64,000 nt of DNA from a bacterium (lineage in GTDB: Bacteria; Zhuqueibacterota; Zhuqueibacteria; Zhuqueibacterales; Zhuqueibacteraceae): NCBI GenBank assembly GCA_044869275.1, contig JBIOXB010000075.1, positions 13,120-77,119 of the forward strand, read 5' to 3'. This document shows, piece by piece, positions 23,574 through 32,714 of this stretch (position 1 is its first letter; each line of letters opens with the position of its first letter). The position numbers and the translations under genes were made by a program. The notes under the pieces were generated by a model. That model was not told the DNA's origin and searched no databases. It was given only the letters and a program-made list of their open reading frames with translations.

Positions 23574-23746
23574 GATTCATGTCTCCTTGATATTTGAGCT
23601 TCGGCCTAAAGGGTAAAGCACGAATCCTGCGGTTTTGAGAATTATCGGACGCTGAGTGTCCGCAAGCATGACCCCGCAGAGCGCGGTCACGAGAGCGAAT
23701 AGATACTATTACCGTATGATATGAAATTTATGGGGCTCGTGCAATG

Positions 23747-24394
23747 TCAAATCTTCAATTCCAACCGTTGCCGCACCGCCTCATTTACCCGCGCGGCAAC
23801 GGCTTCGACCTCCGGCGCACCGTCGATGACCACAAATCGCTGCGGCTCCTGTTGCGCGAGCTGCAAATAGGCCGCGCGCACACGTTCGTAGAACTCCGCC
23901 TGCTCGCGCTCAAGACGATCTTTGGGGAGATTCGCGCGTTGCTGGCGCTGCAGCGCCACGCTCCAGGACACATCAATCAATAATGTGAGGTGGGGCAGCA
24001 GCGCGAAAGTGGCGAAGCGGTTGACGGCGGCCACCAATTCCAGATCGAGGCCGCGGCCGAAGCCCTGATACACCGTGGTGGAATCGAGGTAGCGGTCGGT
24101 GACCACGATTTTGCCGGAGTGCAGCGCCGGCAGAATTTTTTCCGAAGTGATTTGCGCGCGTGCAGCGGAGTAGAGCAGCAATTCCGTGCGGGCGTTCATT
24201 TCGACGTTGCGATGATCCAGCAAGATGCGGCGAATCGCTTCGGCAATTTGCACACCGCCCGGCTCGCGCAGTGGCTCGACGTTGCCGTAACCGGCTTCAC
24301 GCAGGCGCGCCGCCAGGCGCCGGCACTGCTCGCTTTTCCCGGAAAAATCAAGACCTTCAAAAGAAATGAAAATGCCGCTGGCGGTGTTTTTCAT
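23747..24394 (-). CDS. tmk: Thymidylate kinase
   Basis: FISFEGLDFSGKS, REPGG, DRY.DS..YQG.GRG. Confidence 0.95.
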   Translation of the reverse strand: MKNTASGIFISFEGLDFSGKSEQCRRLAARLREAGYGNVEPLREPGGVQIAEAIRRILLDHRNVEMNARTELLLYSAARAQITSEKILPALHSGKIVVTDRYLDSTTVYQGFGRGLDLELVAAVNRFATFALLPHLTLLIDVSWSVALQRQQRANLPKDRLEREQAEFYERVRAAYLQLAQQEPQRFVVIDGAPEVEAVAARVNEAVRQRLELKI

Positions 24395-24396
24395 GC

Positions 24397-25839
24397 TTAA
24401 ACGGTCTTATATTTCCATTTGCCCCGGCGAAAACGCCAATAATTCGCCGCCAGGCGCACGGTTTCATCCAGCATATGCACCAGCCAAATGCCGACGAGCG
24501 TCCACACGATCGGCCATTTGAACACGAACACCACGGCCGAATTCAACCCGATGTGAAAAACGAACACGCCCGCGATGCTGAGCCACATGAGCCATTGCAA
24601 ATCGCCGGCGCCGCGCAAATTGCCCATCAAAACGTTGTTGACCGCCTTCGGCACCTGCGCGAGCGCGAAAAAATAGAGCCCAAATGCGCCAACTTTGATC
24701 ACTTCCGGATCCGTTGAAAACACTCGCAAGATGGTGGGGGAAAAAAAAGCCAGAAGCGCCACCACCGCCATCACGAAGGCGTACATCACCCATCCGGAAA
24801 TCTCCGCCGTTTTTTCGGCGAGACGGCGTTTGTCGGCACCGAGGTTTTTGCCCATCAGCGTCATCGCGCTCATGCCGAAGCCCATGTAAATCATCGAGAG
24901 CACGGCCTGAATGCGCATGAACACTTGATGCGCCGCGAGCACGACGACGCCGAGCAGCGCGACGTAGCCGGTCACAATCAATTGACCGAAAGCCCACACC
25001 AATTGTTCAACCGTCGTGGGCAACCCGGCCTTGAACAACCGTTTAAACGTTGCCCAATTCGGCTGCGCCAACTCACGAAAAGAAAGCATGAGCGCGGTTT
25101 TGCGGCTGCGCAGGAGATAAAACGTGGCGCAAAATCCGCAGGAGTGGGCCAGGCCGGCAGCCAAAGCCGCGCCCTGCACCTCCAGCCGCGGCAGGCCGAA
25201 ATGTCCGAAGATCAGCAGCGGTGCCAGCACCAGGTTGAGCGTGTTGGTGCCAACGTTGATCATCATCGAGTACTTCGTATCGCCCACGCTGCGCACAATG
25301 CCCAACGCGAGGAAATTCGTGACAAAGAGCGGCGCAAACACGGCCAGCGTGCGCAGATACGTGACCCCCGCGCGCTCCGCCGCCATACCGCCTTCTTTGA
25401 TCAGCTTGAAAAGCTGTGTGGCGCCAAAAAACCAGAACAGAGCCAGCACGATCGACATGCAAATGCCGAGCATCATGGTCTGGGAAAAAATGTGATTGGC
25501 CTCGTAGGTATCGCCGGCGCCGAGATTGCGATTGATAATCAGCGACGCGCCGACAATGAAAGTGAGCAACAGCGTCAACATCGCGACGACGATCTGCAAG
25601 GCCATGCCCACTCCGGCAAAAGCGGCGGCGCTCAAGCGGCCGATCAAAATCGATTCGACCGTCCACATGATCGTCTGCGAGGACAAATCCACCACCGCCG
25701 GCAACGAAGTTTTCAAAATGCTCTTGAGCGGCGATAGCTGCCCGCCGCTCACGCGGCCGTTGGTCGCAGCTGTTTCCGCGTCGCTTCGTCGCGGGTCCGG
25801 CTCCGATGACGATGCAGTCGTGGGATCAGCTTGGGACAA
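24397..25839 (-). CDS. MATE family efflux transporter
   Basis: About 12 TM segments, RSVGDTK..M, N.VL.PLLIFG.FGLP.L...GAALA, LRGAGD. Confidence 0.9.
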   Translation of the reverse strand: MSQADPTTASSSEPDPRRSDAETAATNGRVSGGQLSPLKSILKTSLPAVVDLSSQTIMWTVESILIGRLSAAAFAGVGMALQIVVAMLTLLLTFIVGASLIINRNLGAGDTYEANHIFSQTMMLGICMSIVLALFWFFGATQLFKLIKEGGMAAERAGVTYLRTLAVFAPLFVTNFLALGIVRSVGDTKYSMMINVGTNTLNLVLAPLLIFGHFGLPRLEVQGAALAAGLAHSCGFCATFYLLRSRKTALMLSFRELAQPNWATFKRLFKAGLPTTVEQLVWAFGQLIVTGYVALLGVVVLAAHQVFMRIQAVLSMIYMGFGMSAMTLMGKNLGADKRRLAEKTAEISGWVMYAFVMAVVALLAFFSPTILRVFSTDPEVIKVGAFGLYFFALAQVPKAVNNVLMGNLRGAGDLQWLMWLSIAGVFVFHIGLNSAVVFVFKWPIVWTLVGIWLVHMLDETVRLAANYWRFRRGKWKYKTV

Positions 25840-25911
25840 TTCTCGATCTCCCGATCACGCGGACCTCACCTAGCGGCAAAATCATCCCCCACCACTTTTC
25901 GAAAGCCGTGT

Positions 25912-27228
25912 TCAATCGTAATACTCCAGCCCGAGGTGGGTAATCAACTCCTCGCCGCGCAAATGACGCAGTGTATTTTTCAATTTCATGAGCTGAATGA
26001 ACAAATCGTGCTCGGGATACAGACCGGGTGCCGTCAGCGGGCTTTTGAAATAGAACGAGAGCCATTCTTGCACGCCTTTCATGCCCGCGCGCTTGGCCAG
26101 ATCCATGAACAACGCGACATCGAGCACGATGGGCGCGGCCAAAATGCTGTCGCGGCAGAGAAAATCGATCTTGATCTGCATGGGGTAGCCCATCCAGCCA
26201 CAAATATCGATATTGTCCCAGCCTTCTTTATTGTCGCCGCGCGGAGGATAATAGTTGATCCGGACTTTGTGATAGAAGCCTTGATACAGAGACGGATAAA
26301 GCTCCGGCTGCAAAATGTATTCGAGCACGGAGAGCTTGCTTTCTTCTTTGGTCTTGAAAGACTCGGGATCGTCCAGCACTTCACCGTCGCGATTGCCCAG
26401 AATGTTGGTGGAGAACCAGCCCGACAGCCCGAGCATGCGCGCTTTGAGTCCGGGCGCAACCACGGTTTTCATCCAGGTCTGGCCGGTCTTGTAATCCTTG
26501 CCCGCGAGCGGCGCTTGGGTTTGTTTGGCAAGCTCCATCATCGCCGGAATATCGACGGTCAAATTCGGCGCGCCGTTGGCGAACGGCAGGCCTTCTTGCA
26601 GGGCGGCATAAGCGTAAATCATGCTCGGCGCAATCGCGGGATGATTTTCTTTCAGGCCCTTCTCAAAAGATTGGAGGGTTTGATGCACGGCCTCCGGTTG
26701 CAGGAAAATCTCCGTGCTGCCGCACCAAATCATGACCATGCGATCGAGATTGTTCCTGGCTTTGAAGGCCGCGATATCCTCGCGCACCATCTGCGCCAGA
26801 TCCCATTTGGTCTTGCCTTTCTTGACGTGCGTGCCGGACAGCTTTTTGACGTAGTTTTGATCGAACACCGCCGGCCACGGCTTCACGGCTTGCAGCGCAT
26901 CTTTGACGGAATCGAGATGCGCTTGCTCCAACACGCCGGCCTTTTTTGCGGCGACGTAGCAATCGTCTTCAAAAACGTCCCAGCCCCCAAACACCAGATC
27001 GTCGAGGCCGGCGAGCGGAACGAAATCCTTGATCAACGGCGTGCGTTTTTCCGTGCGCTTGCCCAGGCGCACCGTGCCCATTTGGGTCAAGGAACCAAAT
27101 GGCTGTGCGAAACCACGCTTGACCGCTTCCACGCCGGCGATGAACGTAGTGGTCACCGCGCCCATGCCGGGAGTCAAAATGCCCAGTTTGCCTTTCGGGC
27201 TTTTGATGTTGACAGACTTGCTTGACAA
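25912..27228 (-). CDS. ino1: myo-inositol-1-phosphate synthase
   Basis: GMGAVTTT, WCGSTE, NGAPN, GKDYKTGQT, NILGNRDG, GDNKEGWD, RDSILAAP; TTG start after AAGGAGG. Confidence 0.93.
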   Translation of the reverse strand: MSSKSVNIKSPKGKLGILTPGMGAVTTTFIAGVEAVKRGFAQPFGSLTQMGTVRLGKRTEKRTPLIKDFVPLAGLDDLVFGGWDVFEDDCYVAAKKAGVLEQAHLDSVKDALQAVKPWPAVFDQNYVKKLSGTHVKKGKTKWDLAQMVREDIAAFKARNNLDRMVMIWCGSTEIFLQPEAVHQTLQSFEKGLKENHPAIAPSMIYAYAALQEGLPFANGAPNLTVDIPAMMELAKQTQAPLAGKDYKTGQTWMKTVVAPGLKARMLGLSGWFSTNILGNRDGEVLDDPESFKTKEESKLSVLEYILQPELYPSLYQGFYHKVRINYYPPRGDNKEGWDNIDICGWMGYPMQIKIDFLCRDSILAAPIVLDVALFMDLAKRAGMKGVQEWLSFYFKSPLTAPGLYPEHDLFIQLMKLKNTLRHLRGEELITHLGLEYYD

Positions 27229-27299
27229 TGTTGCCTCCTTGTTTCCTGAAGTTGCATAAAAGGTGATTTCAGATTTTCACGGGCGCCACCACGAACGAA

Positions 27300-27956
27300 C
27301 TACTTCTGCGGTGCTCGCAGCGGCTCGTGCTTCTTTCCATTTTCCACGGCCCACACGTGATAAAGCCGCTGAATCGCGGTGAAATTGGCGAAAACGGCGA
27401 TGACCCAGATGGCGAGGTCGAGCGCGTATTCATAAAACAGCGAGGAAATCGCGCCCAGGCCGAGCAACACGATGCGTTCCGGGCGCTGCATGATGCCGAC
27501 CTTGCATTCGAAATTGAGCCCTTCGGCGCGTGCGCGCACGTAACTCACCATCATCGAACCGCCGAGCGCCATGGAAACCGCGACCGAACGCCATAAGAAA
27601 CCGTGATCGACAAAATGATAAGCAATGCCAAAGAACACGATCACTTCGGCATAGCGATCGAGCGTGGAGTCGTATAACGCGCCGAATTTGGTGACGCGGT
27701 TGGTGGCACGCGCCACGCGGCCGTCGATAATATCAAAAGTGCCTGCCAAGAGCACGAGCGCGCCCGCGAGCGCAATCGAGCCTTTGGCAAAAACATACGC
27801 GGTGATCACGCTCAGAATAAAACCTGCGGTGGTAAAATGGTTCGGATTGAGCTTGTGTTCGATGAAAAAATTCACCACCGGCGTGATCAGGCTCAAATAC
27901 CAGTTTTTGAGCCCGTCCGGCAGCAGATTGACTTTGAGCGCCACTTGCGATCTCAT
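27300..27956 (-). CDS. CDP-alcohol phosphatidyltransferase (PI/PIP synthase-like)
   Basis: DIIDGRVAR...FGALYDSTLDR signature, SYVRARAEG, GIMQRPER; adjacent to ino1. Start uncertain. Confidence 0.88.
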   Translation of the reverse strand: MRSQVALKVNLLPDGLKNWYLSLITPVVNFFIEHKLNPNHFTTAGFILSVITAYVFAKGSIALAGALVLLAGTFDIIDGRVARATNRVTKFGALYDSTLDRYAEVIVFFGIAYHFVDHGFLWRSVAVSMALGGSMMVSYVRARAEGLNFECKVGIMQRPERIVLLGLGAISSLFYEYALDLAIWVIAVFANFTAIQRLYHVWAVENGKKHEPLRAPQK

Positions 27957-28000
27957 GATGGCGGTGCGAAACCACTCCTTCCTTATGGGGGGCAGCACGA

Positions 28001-28735
28001 TCAGCGCATTTTCATCGTTTCGTCGCTGCTTCCCTCCTCCTCGGAGTTCTCCGTTGTTTGATCCGGATCTTTTCCCTCAACGATCAGCACGCATTCTCCT
28101 TTCAGCGTGCGCGCCAATAGCGACGCCAGCAATTCTGCAACGCGCCCGCGCAAGACTTCTTCGTGCATTTTCGTCAATTCACGCGCCAGCGCGGCGCGCC
28201 GGTCGCCGCAGTGCTCGAGAATGGCCTGCAGCGTGCGCACCACGCGATGAGGCGCTTCATACAGGATGATGGTGCGCTCTTCGTGCGCGAGCGCCGCGAA
28301 AAACTTGCGGCGTCCTTTTTTCACCGGCGGAAAGCCTTCAAACACGAAGCGATGGCACGGCAATCCGGAAATCGTGAGCGCGGGAATCAAAGCCGCAGGG
28401 CCGGGGAGCGCTTCGACTGGAATGGCGTGCGCCAGCGCTTCACGTACCAAATAAAAAGCAGGATCAGAAATGCCTGGCGAACCGGCGTCGCTTATCAATG
28501 CCACGTTCTTTCCCTGCAGCAGATCTGCCAGCAACCGCGGCGCCGCGGCGCGCTCGTTGAAATTGTGATAACTGACCAGCGGTTTTTGAATCGCATGGCG
28601 CTGCAAGAGTATCGCCGCGTGACGCGTGTCTTCGGCGGCAATCAGGTCGACCGCGCGCAGCGTTTCCAATGCACGCAGCGTGATGTCTTGCAGATTGCCG
28701 ATGGGCGTGGCCACAAGATAAAGCTTGCCAGTCAA
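28001..28735 (-). CDS. rsmI: 16S rRNA (cytidine-2'-O)-methyltransferase
   Basis: LYLVATPIGNL.DIT.RA, AEDTR, SDAG.PGISDP, ARELTK.HEE. Start uncertain (28735-28780). Confidence 0.95.
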   Translation of the reverse strand: MTGKLYLVATPIGNLQDITLRALETLRAVDLIAAEDTRHAAILLQRHAIQKPLVSYHNFNERAAAPRLLADLLQGKNVALISDAGSPGISDPAFYLVREALAHAIPVEALPGPAALIPALTISGLPCHRFVFEGFPPVKKGRRKFFAALAHEERTIILYEAPHRVVRTLQAILEHCGDRRAALARELTKMHEEVLRGRVAELLASLLARTLKGECVLIVEGKDPDQTTENSEEEGSSDETMKMR

Positions 28736-28776
28736 AATCCCCTCGGCAGTGTTCAGACGCGACAATATTCCCACCC

Positions 28777-30264
28777 TCAACGATTATCAATCTGCGCCCG
28801 CTGCAGCTTGCCGGAATAGTCCACGAACACGGTTTTGATCTCGCTGAAAAAATCGTAAACCGGCCAGCCGCCTTCGCGATGGCCGTTGCCGGTTTCTTTC
28901 ACGCCGCCGAAAGGCAGATGCGCCTCGGCCCCGATCGTGGGCCCGTTGATGTAGGTAATTCCAGCTTCCAAGTCGCGCATGGCCTGGAAAGTTGAGTTGA
29001 CCTCGCGCGTGTAAATCGAAGAACTCAGGCCGTACTTTGAATCATTCAGCACGCGCACGGCTTCCTCAAAATCGCGCACCTTGAGCACCGCCAGCACCGG
29101 ACCAAAGACTTCTTCTTGTGCAATGCGCATGGGGGAGGATACGCCGCTGAAAATCGTTGGCGCGAAAAACGCTCCGTGCTGGCATGCGCCCGCGGTGTAA
29201 GGTTCGCCTCCAGTTTCCAGCTTCGCCCCTTCGTTTTGGGCGATCTTGACGTACTGCGCCACGCGCTCGCGCTGCTCGAAATTGATCAAGGGACCGACCT
29301 CCGTATCCGCTGCGAGGCCGTTGCCCAGGCGCAGCTTTTCCGCGCGCTGGCGGAGCAGGTTGAGAAATCGGTCATGTATCGCCCGGTGTAGAATCAAACG
29401 GCTGGTCGCGGTGCAACGTTGTCCGGCCGTGCCGAACGCGCCCCACAACACCCCTTCGAGCGCGAGATCGAGATCGGCGTCGGGCATGACAATTTGCGCA
29501 TTCTTACCGCCTAATTCCAGCGAGACGCGCTTCAAATTCTTCGAGGCGGTTGCGGAAATTTGCTTGCCCACTTCGGTCGAACCCGTGAAAGAAATCAAGT
29601 TCACACCGTCGTGCTCGACCAGCGGCATGCCCACCGCGCTGCCGCCGCCATGCACGAGTTGAATCACTTCGGCCGGCAATCCCGCCTCGAGCAGGATTTC
29701 AACAAAACGCGTTGCGGTTGCCGGCGTGTCGCTCGCCGGCTTGAATACAACGGTGTTGCCACAAATCAGGGCAGGGAAAATTTTCCACGTGGGAATCGCG
29801 AGCGGGAAATTCCAGGGGGTGATGATGCCCGCCACGCCGATCGGCAAACGCATGGACATGCAAAACTTGTTGGGCAACTCAGAAGGCACGGTATGGCCGA
29901 ACAGCCGCCGGCCTTCACTGGCGGCATAATAGGCCGTGTCAATGCCCTCTTGCACGTCACCGCGAGTTTCGACCAGGGTTTTGCCCATCTCCTGCGTCAT
30001 CAAACGCGCGATTTCTTCCTTATTTTGCGTGAGCAAATCGCCGGCGCGCTTGATGATTTCGCCGCGCCTGGGCGCGGGCGTCAAACGCCATTCCCGAAAA
30101 GCCTCGCGAGCTGAAGCCACAGCCCTGTCGAGATCAGAACGCGTAGAAGCGGGAAAACTTCCGAGCACTTCGTCCCAATGCGCGGGATTGTGATTTTCGA
30201 AGCGCTCGCCGGAAGAAGACGCACACCATGCACCGGCAATGTAATTTTGGAACTCGCGGCTCAA
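28777..30264 (-). CDS. Aldehyde dehydrogenase family protein
   Basis: PWNFP, FTGS, LELGGKN, GQRCTA, EEVFGP, PFGGVK. Start uncertain (30264-30312). Confidence 0.92.
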   Translation of the reverse strand: MSREFQNYIAGAWCASSSGERFENHNPAHWDEVLGSFPASTRSDLDRAVASAREAFREWRLTPAPRRGEIIKRAGDLLTQNKEEIARLMTQEMGKTLVETRGDVQEGIDTAYYAASEGRRLFGHTVPSELPNKFCMSMRLPIGVAGIITPWNFPLAIPTWKIFPALICGNTVVFKPASDTPATATRFVEILLEAGLPAEVIQLVHGGGSAVGMPLVEHDGVNLISFTGSTEVGKQISATASKNLKRVSLELGGKNAQIVMPDADLDLALEGVLWGAFGTAGQRCTATSRLILHRAIHDRFLNLLRQRAEKLRLGNGLAADTEVGPLINFEQRERVAQYVKIAQNEGAKLETGGEPYTAGACQHGAFFAPTIFSGVSSPMRIAQEEVFGPVLAVLKVRDFEEAVRVLNDSKYGLSSSIYTREVNSTFQAMRDLEAGITYINGPTIGAEAHLPFGGVKETGNGHREGGWPVYDFFSEIKTVFVDYSGKLQRAQIDNR

Positions 30265-30499
30265 ATAAATTCCACTTGGTTTATTCCAGTCATCCTTCCG
30301 GCCAAAATGCACGACTTTGGCACACGCGGAGCTAGCCGCTCAAACCGGTTTCGCGTCGATCTAATCGAAACGAAACCTCCACTCGACAAAGTTAAATGAT
30401 AGGAAAGAATTGCGCAAAAGTCAAGAATGGGGAAGAAACTGGGAGAGTTTGGAATTGGCATTAAACCCAGTCGAAAGCCGTGCTCTATATACTTGTATT

Positions 30500-32629
30500 T
30501 TAAGGATGTGCAATTACCATCAATGTTTTGGCCCGCTTGATGGCGCACTGCATCGCCATTTGCAAATTCTCCGGATCGAGCGCGGCAAAGCTTTCGTCGA
30601 GAATGATCAAGTCGGCGTTTTGCAGCAGCGCGCGCGCCATGTACAGCCGGCTTTTTTCGCCATGTGATAGCTGCCAGCCGGTTTCACCCACCATTTGCAT
30701 GAGCCCGGCAGGCATGCGTTGCAACAATTCGCCCAGACCGAGCTCATGGCAAAGCATTTCGGCTTCTTCCAAATCTTCCGGTGAGGCTGGCCAGCGCCGG
30801 CCCATGAGCAAGTTGAACGCAAAGGTACCGGTCAGCACGTGGTTCTCGTGAAACTGCGGCGCGGAGACGATGCGCCGTCGCCAGCCCTCAGAGCCAAGCG
30901 TTTGCCAATCAAGGCCGTGCAACAACAGCAGGCCGGTATTGGGTTGGCGCAAACCGGTAAGAATCGAAGCGAGCGTCGATTTGCCGCCGCCGGAAGGACC
31001 TTGCAATAAAATGCGCTCGCCGCGCGAAATCTGAAAATCGTAGCTCTCTAAAACCGGCTTGCTATTGTCGTGATAGCGGAAAAACAGATCTTTCGCATTC
31101 ACCAATATCTCCGGAGCTTTTGGGCTTGCGCCATCGACGGTGAGAAGGGCGGCAAAAGTTTGTTTGGCGTAGGAGCGGGAAGCAGATTGCAGAAGAACGT
31201 TGAGCTGTCGCCACGCTACGACAGCGCCGGTGAAATAGGCGAGACTCTCGGCGATTTTGTGAAAAGCGCGGTAGGCGAGCAGGATGCCGCCCAGCCCGAC
31301 AGCCAACAGCGCCGGCGAAGTTTGGCCCGCAATGAAACTGGGCGCGAGCCCTGCCAACCCAACAATAAACCAGCCGCGTGAGGCAAACCCGATGGGAATA
31401 ACGCCGGTTTGATCCATCGTCTTGGTGTGCTCGAAATAACTCTCAAGTTCTTGGTCATCGGCATCATGCCAGCGACCGCGGCCTTCCTGAACGATACGGG
31501 TGCGATGGCCGACCATGCGCTCCACCAAATTGTTAGTCAGGTGGAGACAAGAATTCGTCCAGCCAACGCGCACGTGCAGGAAACGCCAACCCAACACCAC
31601 GGTCAGCGCCAGCCAAGCTGCAATCAACAACAGGTGAATAACACTGGCAGGACCTTGCGTTAAGACCACCGCTGCCAGGATCAGCTCGATGATGCCGAGC
31701 AAGCTGATGAAGCCGCCATTCAATGAAAAAGTTTCCAGGACCTCGGCTTGCGCAACGCGGCCGAAAAGTTGTCCCGCGCCTTGATGGCGAATCTCATCCG
31801 GATGCAGTTGCAAAGCGCCGTGCAGCAGCTTTTGTTTGATGAGCGCGCCGAAGCCGGTAGCGGCCAGTCCCTCCAGCCATTTCGACAACATCCGAAAAGG
31901 AATGAGCGTCAATAAAATGAGTGCCCACGCCAGCATCCAACCCCAATCGAGCCGGCCTTGCAACGCGCCTTTGCCAATCAGCCACCAAGAGATAATCCAC
32001 AGGAAGTAATAAACTACATAGGAGACTAGGAAGAACGAAAACCGGCTTGGCAGTTTGGCCGCGGCTGCATGCTTCCAAATGCTCTGCGTGAGCGGCAAGC
32101 GAATCAGCCAGCAACTGCCGATCCAGGCGTCGCTGAGCCGCTCGCGCAAGATGGCTGTACGCGCTTTGGTTTGGTGATGCTTCGCCACGCCGGCTTCGCC
32201 GAGCAATTGCTCGACTTCCGGCAACAATGGCGCTTCGATGGGTTCGCAAATCAATGCACGAATTTTTTCACTTGGCAGGCGATATACGAGGCGGTCCGAG
32301 CCGAGAATGGCGATCTTGCTGCGGCTTCGTCCGAGCAATACCAAGAGATAAGTTTTATTTTCGCAGGAAACACGGAGCAAAGCCGGCGCGGCGCGGTCGA
32401 GCAATTTCTCAACTTCGATGTAGTTGCTAAAAGTCGGTTCGGCTTCCAATCCCAGATTGCTGGCGGTGGTTTCGAGCCAGCGCGAAAATTTCTGACGATC
32501 ATCAGCCCAACCTTCGGGCATTGCCGGGATCTCGATTGGCTTTGCCGCAAGCCCATATCGCCGCGCCAGCTGCGCCAGGGCTTCATCCGCGCTCGCAAGG
32601 GGCCAGAGGTGTTTTTCGAGATTGATCAT
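30500..32629 (-). CDS. ABC exporter (degenerate C39-like N-terminus + TMD + NBD), likely partner subunit of the adjacent peptidase-containing transporter
   Basis: GPSGGGKS, degenerate signature LSHGE, ILDES, IAHP; TM helices; N-terminal domain lacks the QxxxxDCG motif. Confidence 0.85.
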   Translation of the reverse strand: MINLEKHLWPLASADEALAQLARRYGLAAKPIEIPAMPEGWADDRQKFSRWLETTASNLGLEAEPTFSNYIEVEKLLDRAAPALLRVSCENKTYLLVLLGRSRSKIAILGSDRLVYRLPSEKIRALICEPIEAPLLPEVEQLLGEAGVAKHHQTKARTAILRERLSDAWIGSCWLIRLPLTQSIWKHAAAAKLPSRFSFFLVSYVVYYFLWIISWWLIGKGALQGRLDWGWMLAWALILLTLIPFRMLSKWLEGLAATGFGALIKQKLLHGALQLHPDEIRHQGAGQLFGRVAQAEVLETFSLNGGFISLLGIIELILAAVVLTQGPASVIHLLLIAAWLALTVVLGWRFLHVRVGWTNSCLHLTNNLVERMVGHRTRIVQEGRGRWHDADDQELESYFEHTKTMDQTGVIPIGFASRGWFIVGLAGLAPSFIAGQTSPALLAVGLGGILLAYRAFHKIAESLAYFTGAVVAWRQLNVLLQSASRSYAKQTFAALLTVDGASPKAPEILVNAKDLFFRYHDNSKPVLESYDFQISRGERILLQGPSGGGKSTLASILTGLRQPNTGLLLLHGLDWQTLGSEGWRRRIVSAPQFHENHVLTGTFAFNLLMGRRWPASPEDLEEAEMLCHELGLGELLQRMPAGLMQMVGETGWQLSHGEKSRLYMARALLQNADLIILDESFAALDPENLQMAMQCAIKRAKTLMVIAHP

Positions 32630-32714
32630 GCAGAGCGGTTTTTTTGACAGGATTTTCAGGATGCACAGGATTACAAACTTGTTTTTCGAAAAAATCAAGG
32701 TTCACTAATTTTTT

